Source of the DNA: an uncultured archaeon
Lineage (GTDB): Archaea > Asgardarchaeota > Heimdallarchaeia > Heimdallarchaeales > Heimdallarchaeaceae
Assembly (NCBI GenBank): GCA_964549075.1
Contig: CAZJUB010000033.1
Coordinates: 1-28,052 of the forward strand
DNA length: 28,052 nt
Direction of reading: 5' to 3'
Part shown: piece after piece, positions 8,684-17,317 of the stretch
Numbering within the stretch: the stretch's first letter is position 1
How the letters are laid out: every line of letters starts with the position of its first letter
Position numbers and translations under genes: made by a program
The notes under the pieces: generated by a model
What the model was told of the DNA's origin: nothing
What the model saw: only the letters and a program-made list of their open reading frames with translations
Database searches by the model: none

Positions 8684-9496
8684 ATGTCAAAATCCAACAA
8701 AATCACAATTAGAGATTTTCAAGCAATGAAAGACGATGGTGAAAAAATCACCATGATTTCAGCATACACTTACCCGATAGCAAAAATCATTGATGAGATG
8801 GATATAGACTCGATTCTAGTTGGAGATTCTCTAGGTATGAGTATTTTAGGTTATAAAAACACACTAGAAGTAACTATTGAAGATGTTATTCGTCATAGTC
8901 AGGCGGTTACAAGAGCTGTTGAGAGAGCTTTGGTGATTGGAGATTTACCTTTTCTTTCATATGGGATTAAAGACAAAGAAACTGTTAGAAGTGCTGGAAG
9001 ATTAGTTAAAGAAGGTAAATGTGAAACTGTGAAATTAGAAGGGGGGAGAGAGAGAATTGAAGAGATTAAAGAAATAAAAGCAATTGGCATTCCGGTTCTA
9101 GGTCACATAGGTCTTACTCCAACATATGTTAACGAATTTGGTGGATTCAAAGTACAAGGTAGGAGTGTTGAAGCAGAAAAACGTCTAATTGAAGATGCTA
9201 GACTCTTAAACGAAGCAGGTGTTTTTGCAATTGTAATTGAATCTGTTCCTTGGAAACTTGCAAAAATAATTACTGAGACTATCTCTGTACCAACCATAGG
9301 TATAGGAGCAGGGCAATTCTGTGATGGTCAAGTATTAGTGATAGATGATATCATTGGTTTAACACCTTCCTTAAAACCTAAATTTGTAAAAAGATATGCT
9401 AATGTAAGCGAGGTTATAGCTAAAGCTGTAAGTGATTTTAAGAGAGAAGTAAAAGAATTGAGATATCCTTCAGATGAATATAGATATGATGACTAA
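8684..9496 (+). CDS. panB: 3-methyl-2-oxobutanoate hydroxymethyltransferase
   Basis: ILVGDSLGM, DLPFLSY, VKLEGG, GHIGLTP, PTIGIGAG..CDGQVLV. Confidence 0.98.
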   Translation: MSKSNKITIRDFQAMKDDGEKITMISAYTYPIAKIIDEMDIDSILVGDSLGMSILGYKNTLEVTIEDVIRHSQAVTRAVERALVIGDLPFLSYGIKDKETVRSAGRLVKEGKCETVKLEGGRERIEEIKEIKAIGIPVLGHIGLTPTYVNEFGGFKVQGRSVEAEKRLIEDARLLNEAGVFAIVIESVPWKLAKIITETISVPTIGIGAGQFCDGQVLVIDDIIGLTPSLKPKFVKRYANVSEVIAKAVSDFKREVKELRYPSDEYRYDD

Positions 9497-10365
9497 GTAT
9501 AACTTTTAATTGTTTTATAGCATATTTCTTCCTCGATATAACGATCAATATCAGACAGAACTGATTTATCTTTGTAAATAATAAAAATACCATTTCCTAA
9601 CATAATTTGACTTACCATACAATCTTGCTGTTCTGTGTCTTGTATAAGTTGAATTACATCAGGTGTTGCTAGATAAGATGTAACAGAAAATTGTTTAGAG
9701 ATAGTTGCAAATTTTTGAATAGAAGGCTTACTATAGAATTCTTGTAGAAACAGTTGCCCTACTTTATTTATCTGCTCTTTCCATTTTTCATTCTTAATTA
9801 CTGACTTTGTTTCTATGGGACCTAATGAAATAGTAGCTATTTTGTATGAATTCTCTAAGATATTTTTAGCCTCTCCTATTCCTGGAGCTCCAACTTTTGT
9901 CCTGTATTCCCATCCCCCTTTTAGGAGACCTATGACATCACCTAGTCCCCCTCCATTTATCACTTCAGCTCTATGAGCGAGTTGATACAAATAAATTTCT
10001 GAAAGGTTTAAATCTAATAGCTCATTAAAGGCAAGACAACAACCTATAGCTCCAGAAGCACTTGCTCCAAATCCACAAGAGAGAGGAACTTCAAACTCAT
10101 GAAACACTGAAATAGGATCAGAATTTGCTCTACGTAATTGCAAATCGTTTACAAGATAGCTAGTAATTACAGCTTTCTCATTACTAACTTCATTTCCATT
10201 GAAAATAATATGATTATGATTATCGTCGGAATATTCAACCCAAGTAGTAGTCCCCCTAGAAAGAGAAAATCCTGCACCTAAAGACCCTTTATGAAGAGGA
10301 TCTGGATGATCATCATTTATTGTAAAAATTCCAGTAATATGAGAGGCTACCCAAAACTTCGTCAT
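9493..10365 (-). CDS. Pantoate kinase (GHMP family, COG1829)
   Basis: HITGIF, GSLGAG, PLSCGFGASASG, AHRAEV...GLGDV; adjacent to PPS and panB. Confidence 0.93.
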   Translation of the reverse strand: MTKFWVASHITGIFTINDDHPDPLHKGSLGAGFSLSRGTTTWVEYSDDNHNHIIFNGNEVSNEKAVITSYLVNDLQLRRANSDPISVFHEFEVPLSCGFGASASGAIGCCLAFNELLDLNLSEIYLYQLAHRAEVINGGGLGDVIGLLKGGWEYRTKVGAPGIGEAKNILENSYKIATISLGPIETKSVIKNEKWKEQINKVGQLFLQEFYSKPSIQKFATISKQFSVTSYLATPDVIQLIQDTEQQDCMVSQIMLGNGIFIIYKDKSVLSDIDRYIEEEICYKTIKSYT

Positions 10366-10374
10366 TATATCACA

Positions 10375-11340
10375 TCAAAGTGAGCGTAATTCTAAAATAA
10401 TTTGTTCTTTTGGAATATTTTTATTTGATAACTTCCGGATCAAATCAACAATCTTAGTATTTATTGGAGCTTTAACTCCTTTAGATTTAGCTAATCTTGT
10501 TATCTCGCTATTTAATACATCTATCTCTGTTCTTCTTTCAGCTTCAATGTCTTGTAACATGGAAGATTTATGTCTAGCTGTTTCTTCCGTTATTTTCCTT
10601 ATTAGTTGTATTGAGTCTTCATAAGTTATTCCTAAATCTTTTGGAACTACACTGAGCATTTCTTGGATAATAGAATCTACAATTCTACTAAGAAATGCAT
10701 CCTTTAATATTTCACCATTCTTCAATTCAGTAATTGCTGATAAAGGACCAATCGTGCAATTTACCATTGTTTTTAACCAGATATCTTTCCTAATATTATC
10801 AGACAAAACAACGTTCAAGCCTATATCAGTTAAGATTTCTTTCCATTCTGTTAACAAATCAATATCGTTATTATTTATGGGTCCAATTTTTGTTTCTCCA
10901 ACACTTGCTTCAAAAGCTTCATTGTTATGTTTTCTATAAGCTGCTAGAGAGGTCAAACCTCGAAATATTCTCCAATTATTGTCAAACTTAAGAAAAGGAT
11001 CCTCAATGTTTAGACCATTTTGCAGAAAAAGGATTGAAGCTGAAGATTTTAAATGTTTAACAAGATCATCTGCTAAAAATTCATTTACCCAAGTTTTGGC
11101 AGCTATAATGCACCTATCAAAAATCTGTTTTTCTGTCAATTCTCCATATACTTCGCAATCCTGAAGCTTAAGGCTTTCCTCTGTAGAAAGTTTTACTCTC
11201 AGTCCTTTCCTGCGGATAAGTTTAGAACTTTTAACACTAGTCAGACAGACTGTTGTGTAGTTCTTGAGAGCTAACCGTTTATATATAACAGAGCCAATAG
11301 CTCCTAATCCAACAAGGAGAATGGGTTTATCTTTATTCAC
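10375..11340 (-). CDS. panE: 2-dehydropantoate 2-reductase
   Basis: GLGAIG, AAKT, LQNGL, WLKTMVN, SSMLQD...TEID. Start GTG 11340 preferred because a TTTTAT box lies ~25 nt upstream; the track start is 11382. Confidence 0.95.
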   Translation of the reverse strand: MNKDKPILLVGLGAIGSVIYKRLALKNYTTVCLTSVKSSKLIRRKGLRVKLSTEESLKLQDCEVYGELTEKQIFDRCIIAAKTWVNEFLADDLVKHLKSSASILFLQNGLNIEDPFLKFDNNWRIFRGLTSLAAYRKHNNEAFEASVGETKIGPINNNDIDLLTEWKEILTDIGLNVVLSDNIRKDIWLKTMVNCTIGPLSAITELKNGEILKDAFLSRIVDSIIQEMLSVVPKDLGITYEDSIQLIRKITEETARHKSSMLQDIEAERRTEIDVLNSEITRLAKSKGVKAPINTKIVDLIRKLSNKNIPKEQIILELRSL

Positions 11341-11423
11341 AGATAATGAAAGATTCAGAAGAATAAAAGCTTTTTTGGGCAAAAAGCCATAACTTTATTT
11401 TGTTCTACACTTAAATAGGATAC

Positions 11424-12656
11424 ATGTCTCATACTTCAAAAGATATTGTTGGAACTTTAGGTAACGAACTGGAAGGAAAGACTATAATTCACTGTATAAC
11501 CAGTTCAATCTCATGTTTTTTAGCACCTCAAATCTCAAGAAAACTGATGAGATACGGTGCTAAAGTAATTCCTGTTCTTTCTCCAGAAGCTGCAAAATTT
11601 ATAAATCCTTTAATTTTCGAATGGGCTACTGGTGAAATTCCTATTACTAAAATTGAAGGTCAGGTAGAACATGTAAAATACGCAGGAATTTCTGCTAACA
11701 AAGCAGATTTAATACTAATAGCTCCAATTACTGCCAATTCAGTCTCAAAACTTGCTAATGGGATTATGGATACTACTGTAACTTTAGTTGCTGGTACAGC
11801 TTTAGGAAATAAAATTCCTACAATAATAGTACCTACAATGCATGAAGTAATGTTGTATAATCCAGCTATTAAAGATAATCTCGAAAAATTAGAGAAAATG
11901 GGAGTTGAAATATTATATCCTAGAATAGAAGAAGAAAAAGCTAAAATACCTGAAACAGATGAGATTGTAGAATATTGTTTAAGAGCTTTAAACGATTCTT
12001 CACTAAAAAATAAGACTGTACTCGTAACTGCAGGACCAACTCAAGCTTTTTTTGATGGAATAAGATTCATAAGCAATCCTTCCTCAGGAAAAATGGGATT
12101 TGCAATAGCAAATGAAGCATGGAGAAAAGGAGCTAAGGTCAAACTAGTATATGGGAATACCTCAAGTCAACCGTCGGAATATTTAGATGAAACTGTTTTT
12201 ACAAAAACTGGAGATGAAATGCTAGTTGAAGTAAAAAATTCATTAAGTAAACAACATTATGATATTGTTATTCTAGCTGCTGCAATGAACGATTTCAAAC
12301 CGAAAGAAGTGAGAGATGAAAAAATATCATCAAGAGAATCGTTAAAAATAGAATTAGAACCAGCAGATAAGTTAGCTGATATTATTAAAGAGATATCGCC
12401 TAACTCAATTTTAGTACTCTTCAAAGCTGAGTATAAGAAAGAAGATGAAGAATTGAGTGAAGCAGCATTGAAAAGGATGAAACAAGCTAAAGCTGATTAC
12501 ATCGTAGCTAATGATGTTTCAATTAAAAAATATGGTTTCCAAAGCGATGATAATAGAGTGGTAATTTTAGATACTAATAACGAATCAATTTGGATAGAAG
12601 GAACAAAAAATCTAATAGCAAAAGAATTGTTAAAAATAATTAAATTAGAAAAATAG
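11424..12656 (+). CDS. coaBC: Bifunctional PPC decarboxylase / PPC synthetase
   Basis: APITANSVSKLANG, PTMH, VTAGPT, RFISNPSSGKMG, AAAMNDF, FKAE, IVANDV. Confidence 0.97.
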   Translation: MSHTSKDIVGTLGNELEGKTIIHCITSSISCFLAPQISRKLMRYGAKVIPVLSPEAAKFINPLIFEWATGEIPITKIEGQVEHVKYAGISANKADLILIAPITANSVSKLANGIMDTTVTLVAGTALGNKIPTIIVPTMHEVMLYNPAIKDNLEKLEKMGVEILYPRIEEEKAKIPETDEIVEYCLRALNDSSLKNKTVLVTAGPTQAFFDGIRFISNPSSGKMGFAIANEAWRKGAKVKLVYGNTSSQPSEYLDETVFTKTGDEMLVEVKNSLSKQHYDIVILAAAMNDFKPKEVRDEKISSRESLKIELEPADKLADIIKEISPNSILVLFKAEYKKEDEELSEAALKRMKQAKADYIVANDVSIKKYGFQSDDNRVVILDTNNESIWIEGTKNLIAKELLKIIKLEK

Positions 12657-12677
12657 AGGAATGAGGTTTAAAAAACT

Positions 12678-13160
12678 CTAATCTCCTCTTTTAATATGAT
12701 GATCAAAGTTGAAGTCATTCTTGTATCCTTTGTATTTGTCAATTAAAGAACTGACATTAGCTTCTTCTTCAACTTGCTCATTCAAAAACCATTGGATAAG
12801 AAAATTTGAGCTATACTCTTTCAATTCCTTTGCAAGTTCATGAAGCTCAATTATTTTACCAGTAATGTATTTTTCATGCTCGTAAGCAGCTTCTAGAATT
12901 TCCAGTAAATTATTCCAATCTTGTTTCTGTTCTTCAAGAACTTGATAATGTACTGAACCTCCTCTTTCAATAACGTGAGTCTTGAATTTCATTCCGTGTT
13001 CAAACTCTTCTTCAGCTTGTTTAGTAAACCATGCAGCTAAGTTGTCTAAACTTCTTTCTTCAAACCAAGTTGCCATTCCTAGATAAATATAAGCTGATTC
13101 TAATTCCTCTTTAATCTGATCATTAAAAGCTTCATTCAATTTGTCACTAATGTTTGCCAT
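12678..13160 (-). CDS. ftnA: Non-heme ferritin
   Basis: Ferroxidase residues in EELESAYIY, EEFEH, EHE and WFLNEQVEEE. Confidence 0.93.
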   Translation of the reverse strand: MANISDKLNEAFNDQIKEELESAYIYLGMATWFEERSLDNLAAWFTKQAEEEFEHGMKFKTHVIERGGSVHYQVLEEQKQDWNNLLEILEAAYEHEKYITGKIIELHELAKELKEYSSNFLIQWFLNEQVEEEANVSSLIDKYKGYKNDFNFDHHIKRGD

Positions 13161-13293
13161 TTTTTATCACTTGTAAATATGTTTCAAATAACGTATGGAA
13201 GCCTCTCTTTTAAGTCTAATCGTTTGTGCATTTTCTTCACACACCTTTTGCTTAATGCAAATCTTTTTACATAAAGAAATACTGGGATAATTT

Positions 13294-13503
13294 ATGCAAG
13301 TTGTGAAGATAACAAAAATAAAGTGTCCTAATTGTGGAAATATAGAGACAGTTGAAATGCCTGAATATGTTTGCGTAAGGACATATAAATGCCCCAAGTG
13401 TGAACAAGTGTTTAAACCTAAAGAAGGAGATTGTTGTGTATTTTGTAGTTATGCAGATGATGAATGTCCTTCTAAACAACAAGAGAAAGAATGTGGAGAC
13501 TAA
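13294..13503 (+). CDS. GDCCVxC-domain small Cys-rich metal-binding protein
   Basis: CPNC...EMP...C...CPKC...KPKEGDCCVFCSY...CP signature. Confidence 0.9.
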   Translation: MQVVKITKIKCPNCGNIETVEMPEYVCVRTYKCPKCEQVFKPKEGDCCVFCSYADDECPSKQQEKECGD

Positions 13504-13504
13504 A

Positions 13505-13960
13505 TCAGGTATAAACGGGAGGAGAGAAAGAGTATCTAAAGTCTTTTGGGAGATATCTTTTCAATTTTTCAAGATTTTTAAACATTAAGTGGAAGTATTT
13601 AAGTTCTGGCATTTCTAGAGCTTCTGAAAGAGATATCCATTTAAATTCTGTATGTTCCCAAGTAATCTTAACCTCACCTTTAAGATATCTACAATAATAT
13701 GCTATGAAAACCATCGGAAATTCTTTTCCTCCCCGATAAAAGAATCCTGTGTCTAATGGCATAACAACTTCAACTTCTAAGCTAGTCTCTTCCATTACTT
13801 CTCGTAAAACGCCTTCAACTGGTGATTCATCCTTTTCAAGTCTACCTGTTACGGTTTCCCAAGCTTCTGGTTCAAAATCCTTCTTTGGTGATCTTTTTAG
13901 AACAAGAAATTCATCATCTTTTTCAATAATAGCAGCCATACCAACATAGACTTTTTTCAT
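13505..13960 (-). CDS. NUDIX hydrolase
   Basis: Nudix box GRLEKDESPVEGVLREVMEETSL; EH..FKW. Confidence 0.92.
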   Translation of the reverse strand: MKKVYVGMAAIIEKDDEFLVLKRSPKKDFEPEAWETVTGRLEKDESPVEGVLREVMEETSLEVEVVMPLDTGFFYRGGKEFPMVFIAYYCRYLKGEVKITWEHTEFKWISLSEALEMPELKYFHLMFKNLEKLKRYLPKDFRYSFSPPVYT

Positions 13961-14013
13961 GAAAGAGTATTTAATTAAGGGTTTATATTACTTTTTAGAT
14001 GGGGAATTTGCAT

Positions 14014-14734
14014 TCAATCTAGCCCAAATAATCTGTATTTTCTGTTTAAAATATCTTTATCATTTATAGTTTCTCTATTCTTTTCAGCATCGAACACTAA
14101 TAGCATTGGAATTCCAGTTTTCAATTTCTGAATTTCGTAACCAGTTTTGTATACTTCTAATTGATTTATACCATCAATTATATCACGCGCACCAAAACAG
14201 GAAACTTTCTTTTTTCTATAGGAAATTGTGTAAATTTAATGGTCCATCCATTAAAGAAATTCTTGTTACATACTTCCTCAAAAAGTTCTTCTAGAGAGTT
14301 TGTTAAATGTTTATTTCTTATTGATTCTTTTTTTTGCAATTTAATAATATCATTACTTAGTTTAATTTCTCTTGATTTTTGTTGTTCAGTTTCTTCCTCA
14401 ACATCTTTTATTTGTTGCTTTATAACTGACAAAGAAATAATGTCAAAATTTTTCTTTTTTGAATCTACATCGTTATTCTTTTTGAATAGGTCTTCTTTGG
14501 GAATTGAATCAATAAGTTCATTAATTTTATCATTATTTTTTCAGCCCAGAAAGAACCAAATAGACCTAACATAATAGCATGTATTAGAGTCGTTTTTCCT
14601 GAACCAGCCTCACCATATATAATTCCTATATCATTATCCTTAAAATTTATTGTAAGTTTTTGACTTAATGTCTCAGTTAACACGTTTTCCACTGTTAAAG
14701 ATAGAATTTCAGGTAAATTCCTAATACCATACAT
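14014..14734 (-). pseudogene. Frameshifted Rad50/SMC-like (ABC) ATPase remnant
   Basis: Three consecutive frames: ILSLTVENV...IIYGEAGSGKTTLIHAIMLGLFG (Walker A), a coiled-coil-like segment, then VSCFGARDII...GIPMLLVFD (signature-like and Walker B-like) ending at TGA 14014-14016. The two -1 shifts map at or near A6 runs at ~14538 and ~14212. Confidence 0.7.
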
Positions 14735-14869
14735 ACTTCCCACCTTACAAATTACAAATGTTTAGAATTGAGAAATTAGATAAATAAATCTTTCGAAAAT
14801 CCTGTGTGAATTGTAATTTTATTCATTTAATACAAAATTAAATGTAGTAAAAAGAAAATAGAAATCTTC

Positions 14870-15997
14870 TTACTTCTTTGTAACAATAAGATGTTTCACA
14901 TCTCTATTGTACCTACTTTTTATATTAGAAGTGTAAGTTTTACTAAATGAAGTCATTTCAAATTTTCGCTTATCACTGTATAGTTCTGATATAAATGGAG
15001 TCTCTTTAATAATTATGATAAAATTTGATTTTGTTTTGGAAAGAATATTAGCAAGTCTTTGATGATCCTTCTTAGAGAAATTATTATCTCCATATTTACT
15101 GAAAACGGAATCATATGGCGGATCAATAAACATAAAGTCGTTATTTGTAAGTTTTGATTCAATTATTGCTTTTTCAAAGTCCATATTTTTAATTATAGTG
15201 TTTCTGAAAAGATTCTTTACATCTTCTGAAATAACGTACTTAATTTTTTTACTAAAATCTTTTTTATTATAATTAATTCCCCCATAAGGTATGTTGAATT
15301 CTCCAGAATCATTATGTCTAAACATACCTCCAAAACAATATTCTCTAATGAAATAATAATTTGCTATTTTTTTCTCTTTAGTGATTTCATTTTTTGAATC
15401 AAGTTTTTGATTTAAAATATCTCTAAAATGATAATAAAATCCACTTTTTACACCAGTTTCTATATGCTCTCTAATATCCGATGAATTAAAGTTATTATTT
15501 TTATCTATTTTTTTTTTGATTTTAAAAATTCTAGTAAGAAGACTTTTCCTAATAGATTCAAACAAACAAAATTGTTCTATACAGAAATCTTCCTCAAACA
15601 TGCTAAAAAAAATTGAAGAATTTTCATCAAAGATTCTATTTATTTCTTCTTCTAATTGATATTCTGAAAGATTATTAATACTAAATTTGTCATAGATATT
15701 TATAATTTCAGGAAATAGAGGTTCAATGAAATCAACGATCCTATTCCAATGAATTACATACTGAAAGAGTTCCTTTTTAAAAACTTCACTACCTTTTTTT
15801 ACGAGTTTATAAAAATCCATTAAATTATTCGATATATCATTAATAATAGCTTTTTTTGGTTTTAAATAAAAAAAGAGAGCACCCCCACCAAAAAATGGTT
15901 CAATGTACCTTTCATATTCTGGTATAATATCTACAATATGTTTTATCTCAGAAGATTTACCTCCTGTCCATTTAATTAGTGGTTTCAGAATTCTCAT
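14870..15997 (-). CDS. Dam-family (D12 class) N6-adenine DNA methyltransferase
   Basis: KWTGGK, YIEPFFGGG, IINDI, FRHN..GEFNIPYG, FIDPPY. Recognition site not determinable from sequence alone. Confidence 0.93.
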   Translation of the reverse strand: MRILKPLIKWTGGKSSEIKHIVDIIPEYERYIEPFFGGGALFFYLKPKKAIINDISNNLMDFYKLVKKGSEVFKKELFQYVIHWNRIVDFIEPLFPEIINIYDKFSINNLSEYQLEEEINRIFDENSSIFFSMFEEDFCIEQFCLFESIRKSLLTRIFKIKKKIDKNNNFNSSDIREHIETGVKSGFYYHFRDILNQKLDSKNEITKEKKIANYYFIREYCFGGMFRHNDSGEFNIPYGGINYNKKDFSKKIKYVISEDVKNLFRNTIIKNMDFEKAIIESKLTNNDFMFIDPPYDSVFSKYGDNNFSKKDHQRLANILSKTKSNFIIIIKETPFISELYSDKRKFEMTSFSKTYTSNIKSRYNRDVKHLIVTKK

Positions 15998-16064
15998 TCC
16001 TTTGTATTTCTATTATATTCTCAATGAGAGAGATATATATATTTGAATCTTTTCCTTTCTTAGG

Positions 16065-16072
16065 TTTAAATA
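16065..16072 (+). promoter_or_regulatory. TATA box of the intein-like gene
   Basis: TTTAAATA centred ~26 nt before ATG 16095, consistent with leaderless-transcript spacing. Confidence 0.5.
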
Positions 16073-16094
16073 TGCTTTTAAAATATAAAATAGT

Positions 16095-17270
16095 ATGCCA
16101 TTTGAGAAATCATCAAATAGAGATGGTCTGGCAGGGGATAATAAGATATATTCTAAGATAGACGGTAATTACGACATACTTTCTTTGGATGACCTTTTTG
16201 ATTTATCTAAAGCAAACACAATTGAAGTACCTTCTATTGACTCAAAAGGAAATCAAATTTGGGTAAGAGTCACCAATATCATATTTATTGGTAAAAGAAA
16301 ATCCTTGAAAGTAATTCCCACAAATGGTTTGTATTTTACAACTATTGGAACACAAAAGATACCTACAATAATAACTGCAATTAAACTTAAACAGACTTCT
16401 GATATGAATCTTAGATTTATAGAAATAAAAGAAATAAAAAAACTTGATAAATTTTGGTTTTTATCACATTTTGAGAATAACCTAAAAGAAGGAGAAACGA
16501 GTGATTACAAAAATGGTTTTTTTGTAGGTTTTTTCTTAGCAGAAGGGAACTATATCTACTATTCTCACAAGTTAAAACAAAATTCAAAGTTTTCAAATTA
16601 TGCTCTCAAAAGATGGAGCTTAGAAAAAGGGTATAGTAAAATTGAAGATTATTTATCTCAAAGAAAAGACAAAAGAATTAAAGGTTTACAACTTTCTTGT
16701 GGTTACAAAGACTTAAAGAAAGGATATCTAGACAAGATAGTGTTTTCAAAGAATATCAACAGATATGGTAAAAAGGTTCATGTTTCTATTTATGATAAAA
16801 ATGCAATTTCCATTATCAAACGGTATGTACACGGTTCTACAAGTAAAAATAAACGTCTTAAACAATTAGCATTTAATAAATCCAAATCCTTCTTACAAGG
16901 GGTACTAGATGGATTTATTGCTGGCGACGACTATATTGCAAAAACTCGAATAAGTATAGGAATGACAAACAACTATATTCTTAGAGATCAGTTGATGATA
17001 ATTAGTAAGATGCTGAAATTCGAACCAAGATTTAGTGAAAGTAAAATTAATTTGAAGAATTATAAAAAAACGTATCAAATCCTTATTTTAAGATTGTGTC
17101 CTTTAGAGAAAAGATTCATTCGAAATAATATATTTTTTCAAAACCTTAGGAGAATAGACAAATACGAAACACAAAGAATCTATAGAATTGAACTTGAGAG
17201 TAGAGCAGCTTTAACAGATGAATGGAATAGACTACTAGTTCTTGGAAATGGTTGTATAGTTCAAGTATAA
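16095..17270 (+). CDS. Free-standing intein-derived Hint + LAGLIDADG (DOD) endonuclease-like protein, splicing residues lost
   Basis: Block A GLAGDNKIY, block B TNGLYFTTIGTQKIP, block C GFFVGFFLAEGN, block E FLQGVLDGFIAGDD, block H MTNNYILRDQLMIISKML, block F IYRIELE, block G LLVLGNGCIVQV-stop. Confidence 0.8.
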   Translation: MPFEKSSNRDGLAGDNKIYSKIDGNYDILSLDDLFDLSKANTIEVPSIDSKGNQIWVRVTNIIFIGKRKSLKVIPTNGLYFTTIGTQKIPTIITAIKLKQTSDMNLRFIEIKEIKKLDKFWFLSHFENNLKEGETSDYKNGFFVGFFLAEGNYIYYSHKLKQNSKFSNYALKRWSLEKGYSKIEDYLSQRKDKRIKGLQLSCGYKDLKKGYLDKIVFSKNINRYGKKVHVSIYDKNAISIIKRYVHGSTSKNKRLKQLAFNKSKSFLQGVLDGFIAGDDYIAKTRISIGMTNNYILRDQLMIISKMLKFEPRFSESKINLKNYKKTYQILILRLCPLEKRFIRNNIFFQNLRRIDKYETQRIYRIELESRAALTDEWNRLLVLGNGCIVQV

Positions 17271-17317
17271 TGAGTAAAAATCAAAGAAAAAGAGATAAGA
17301 AAGGAAATCGGATGATT

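Noticed and set aside
14210-14541. Programmed -1 ribosomal frameshifting in the ATPase
   Set aside because: The A6 runs are not in the X XXY YYZ register and no stimulatory structure was seen.
14749-14844. Inverted repeats AAATTACAA/TTGTAATTT and CATTTAA/TTAAATG
   Set aside because: Short and almost all A/T; expected by chance in this composition.
13961-17317. Terminal repeats, target-site duplication or integrase delimiting the MTase island
   Set aside because: None found by eye, so it is not called a mobile element.
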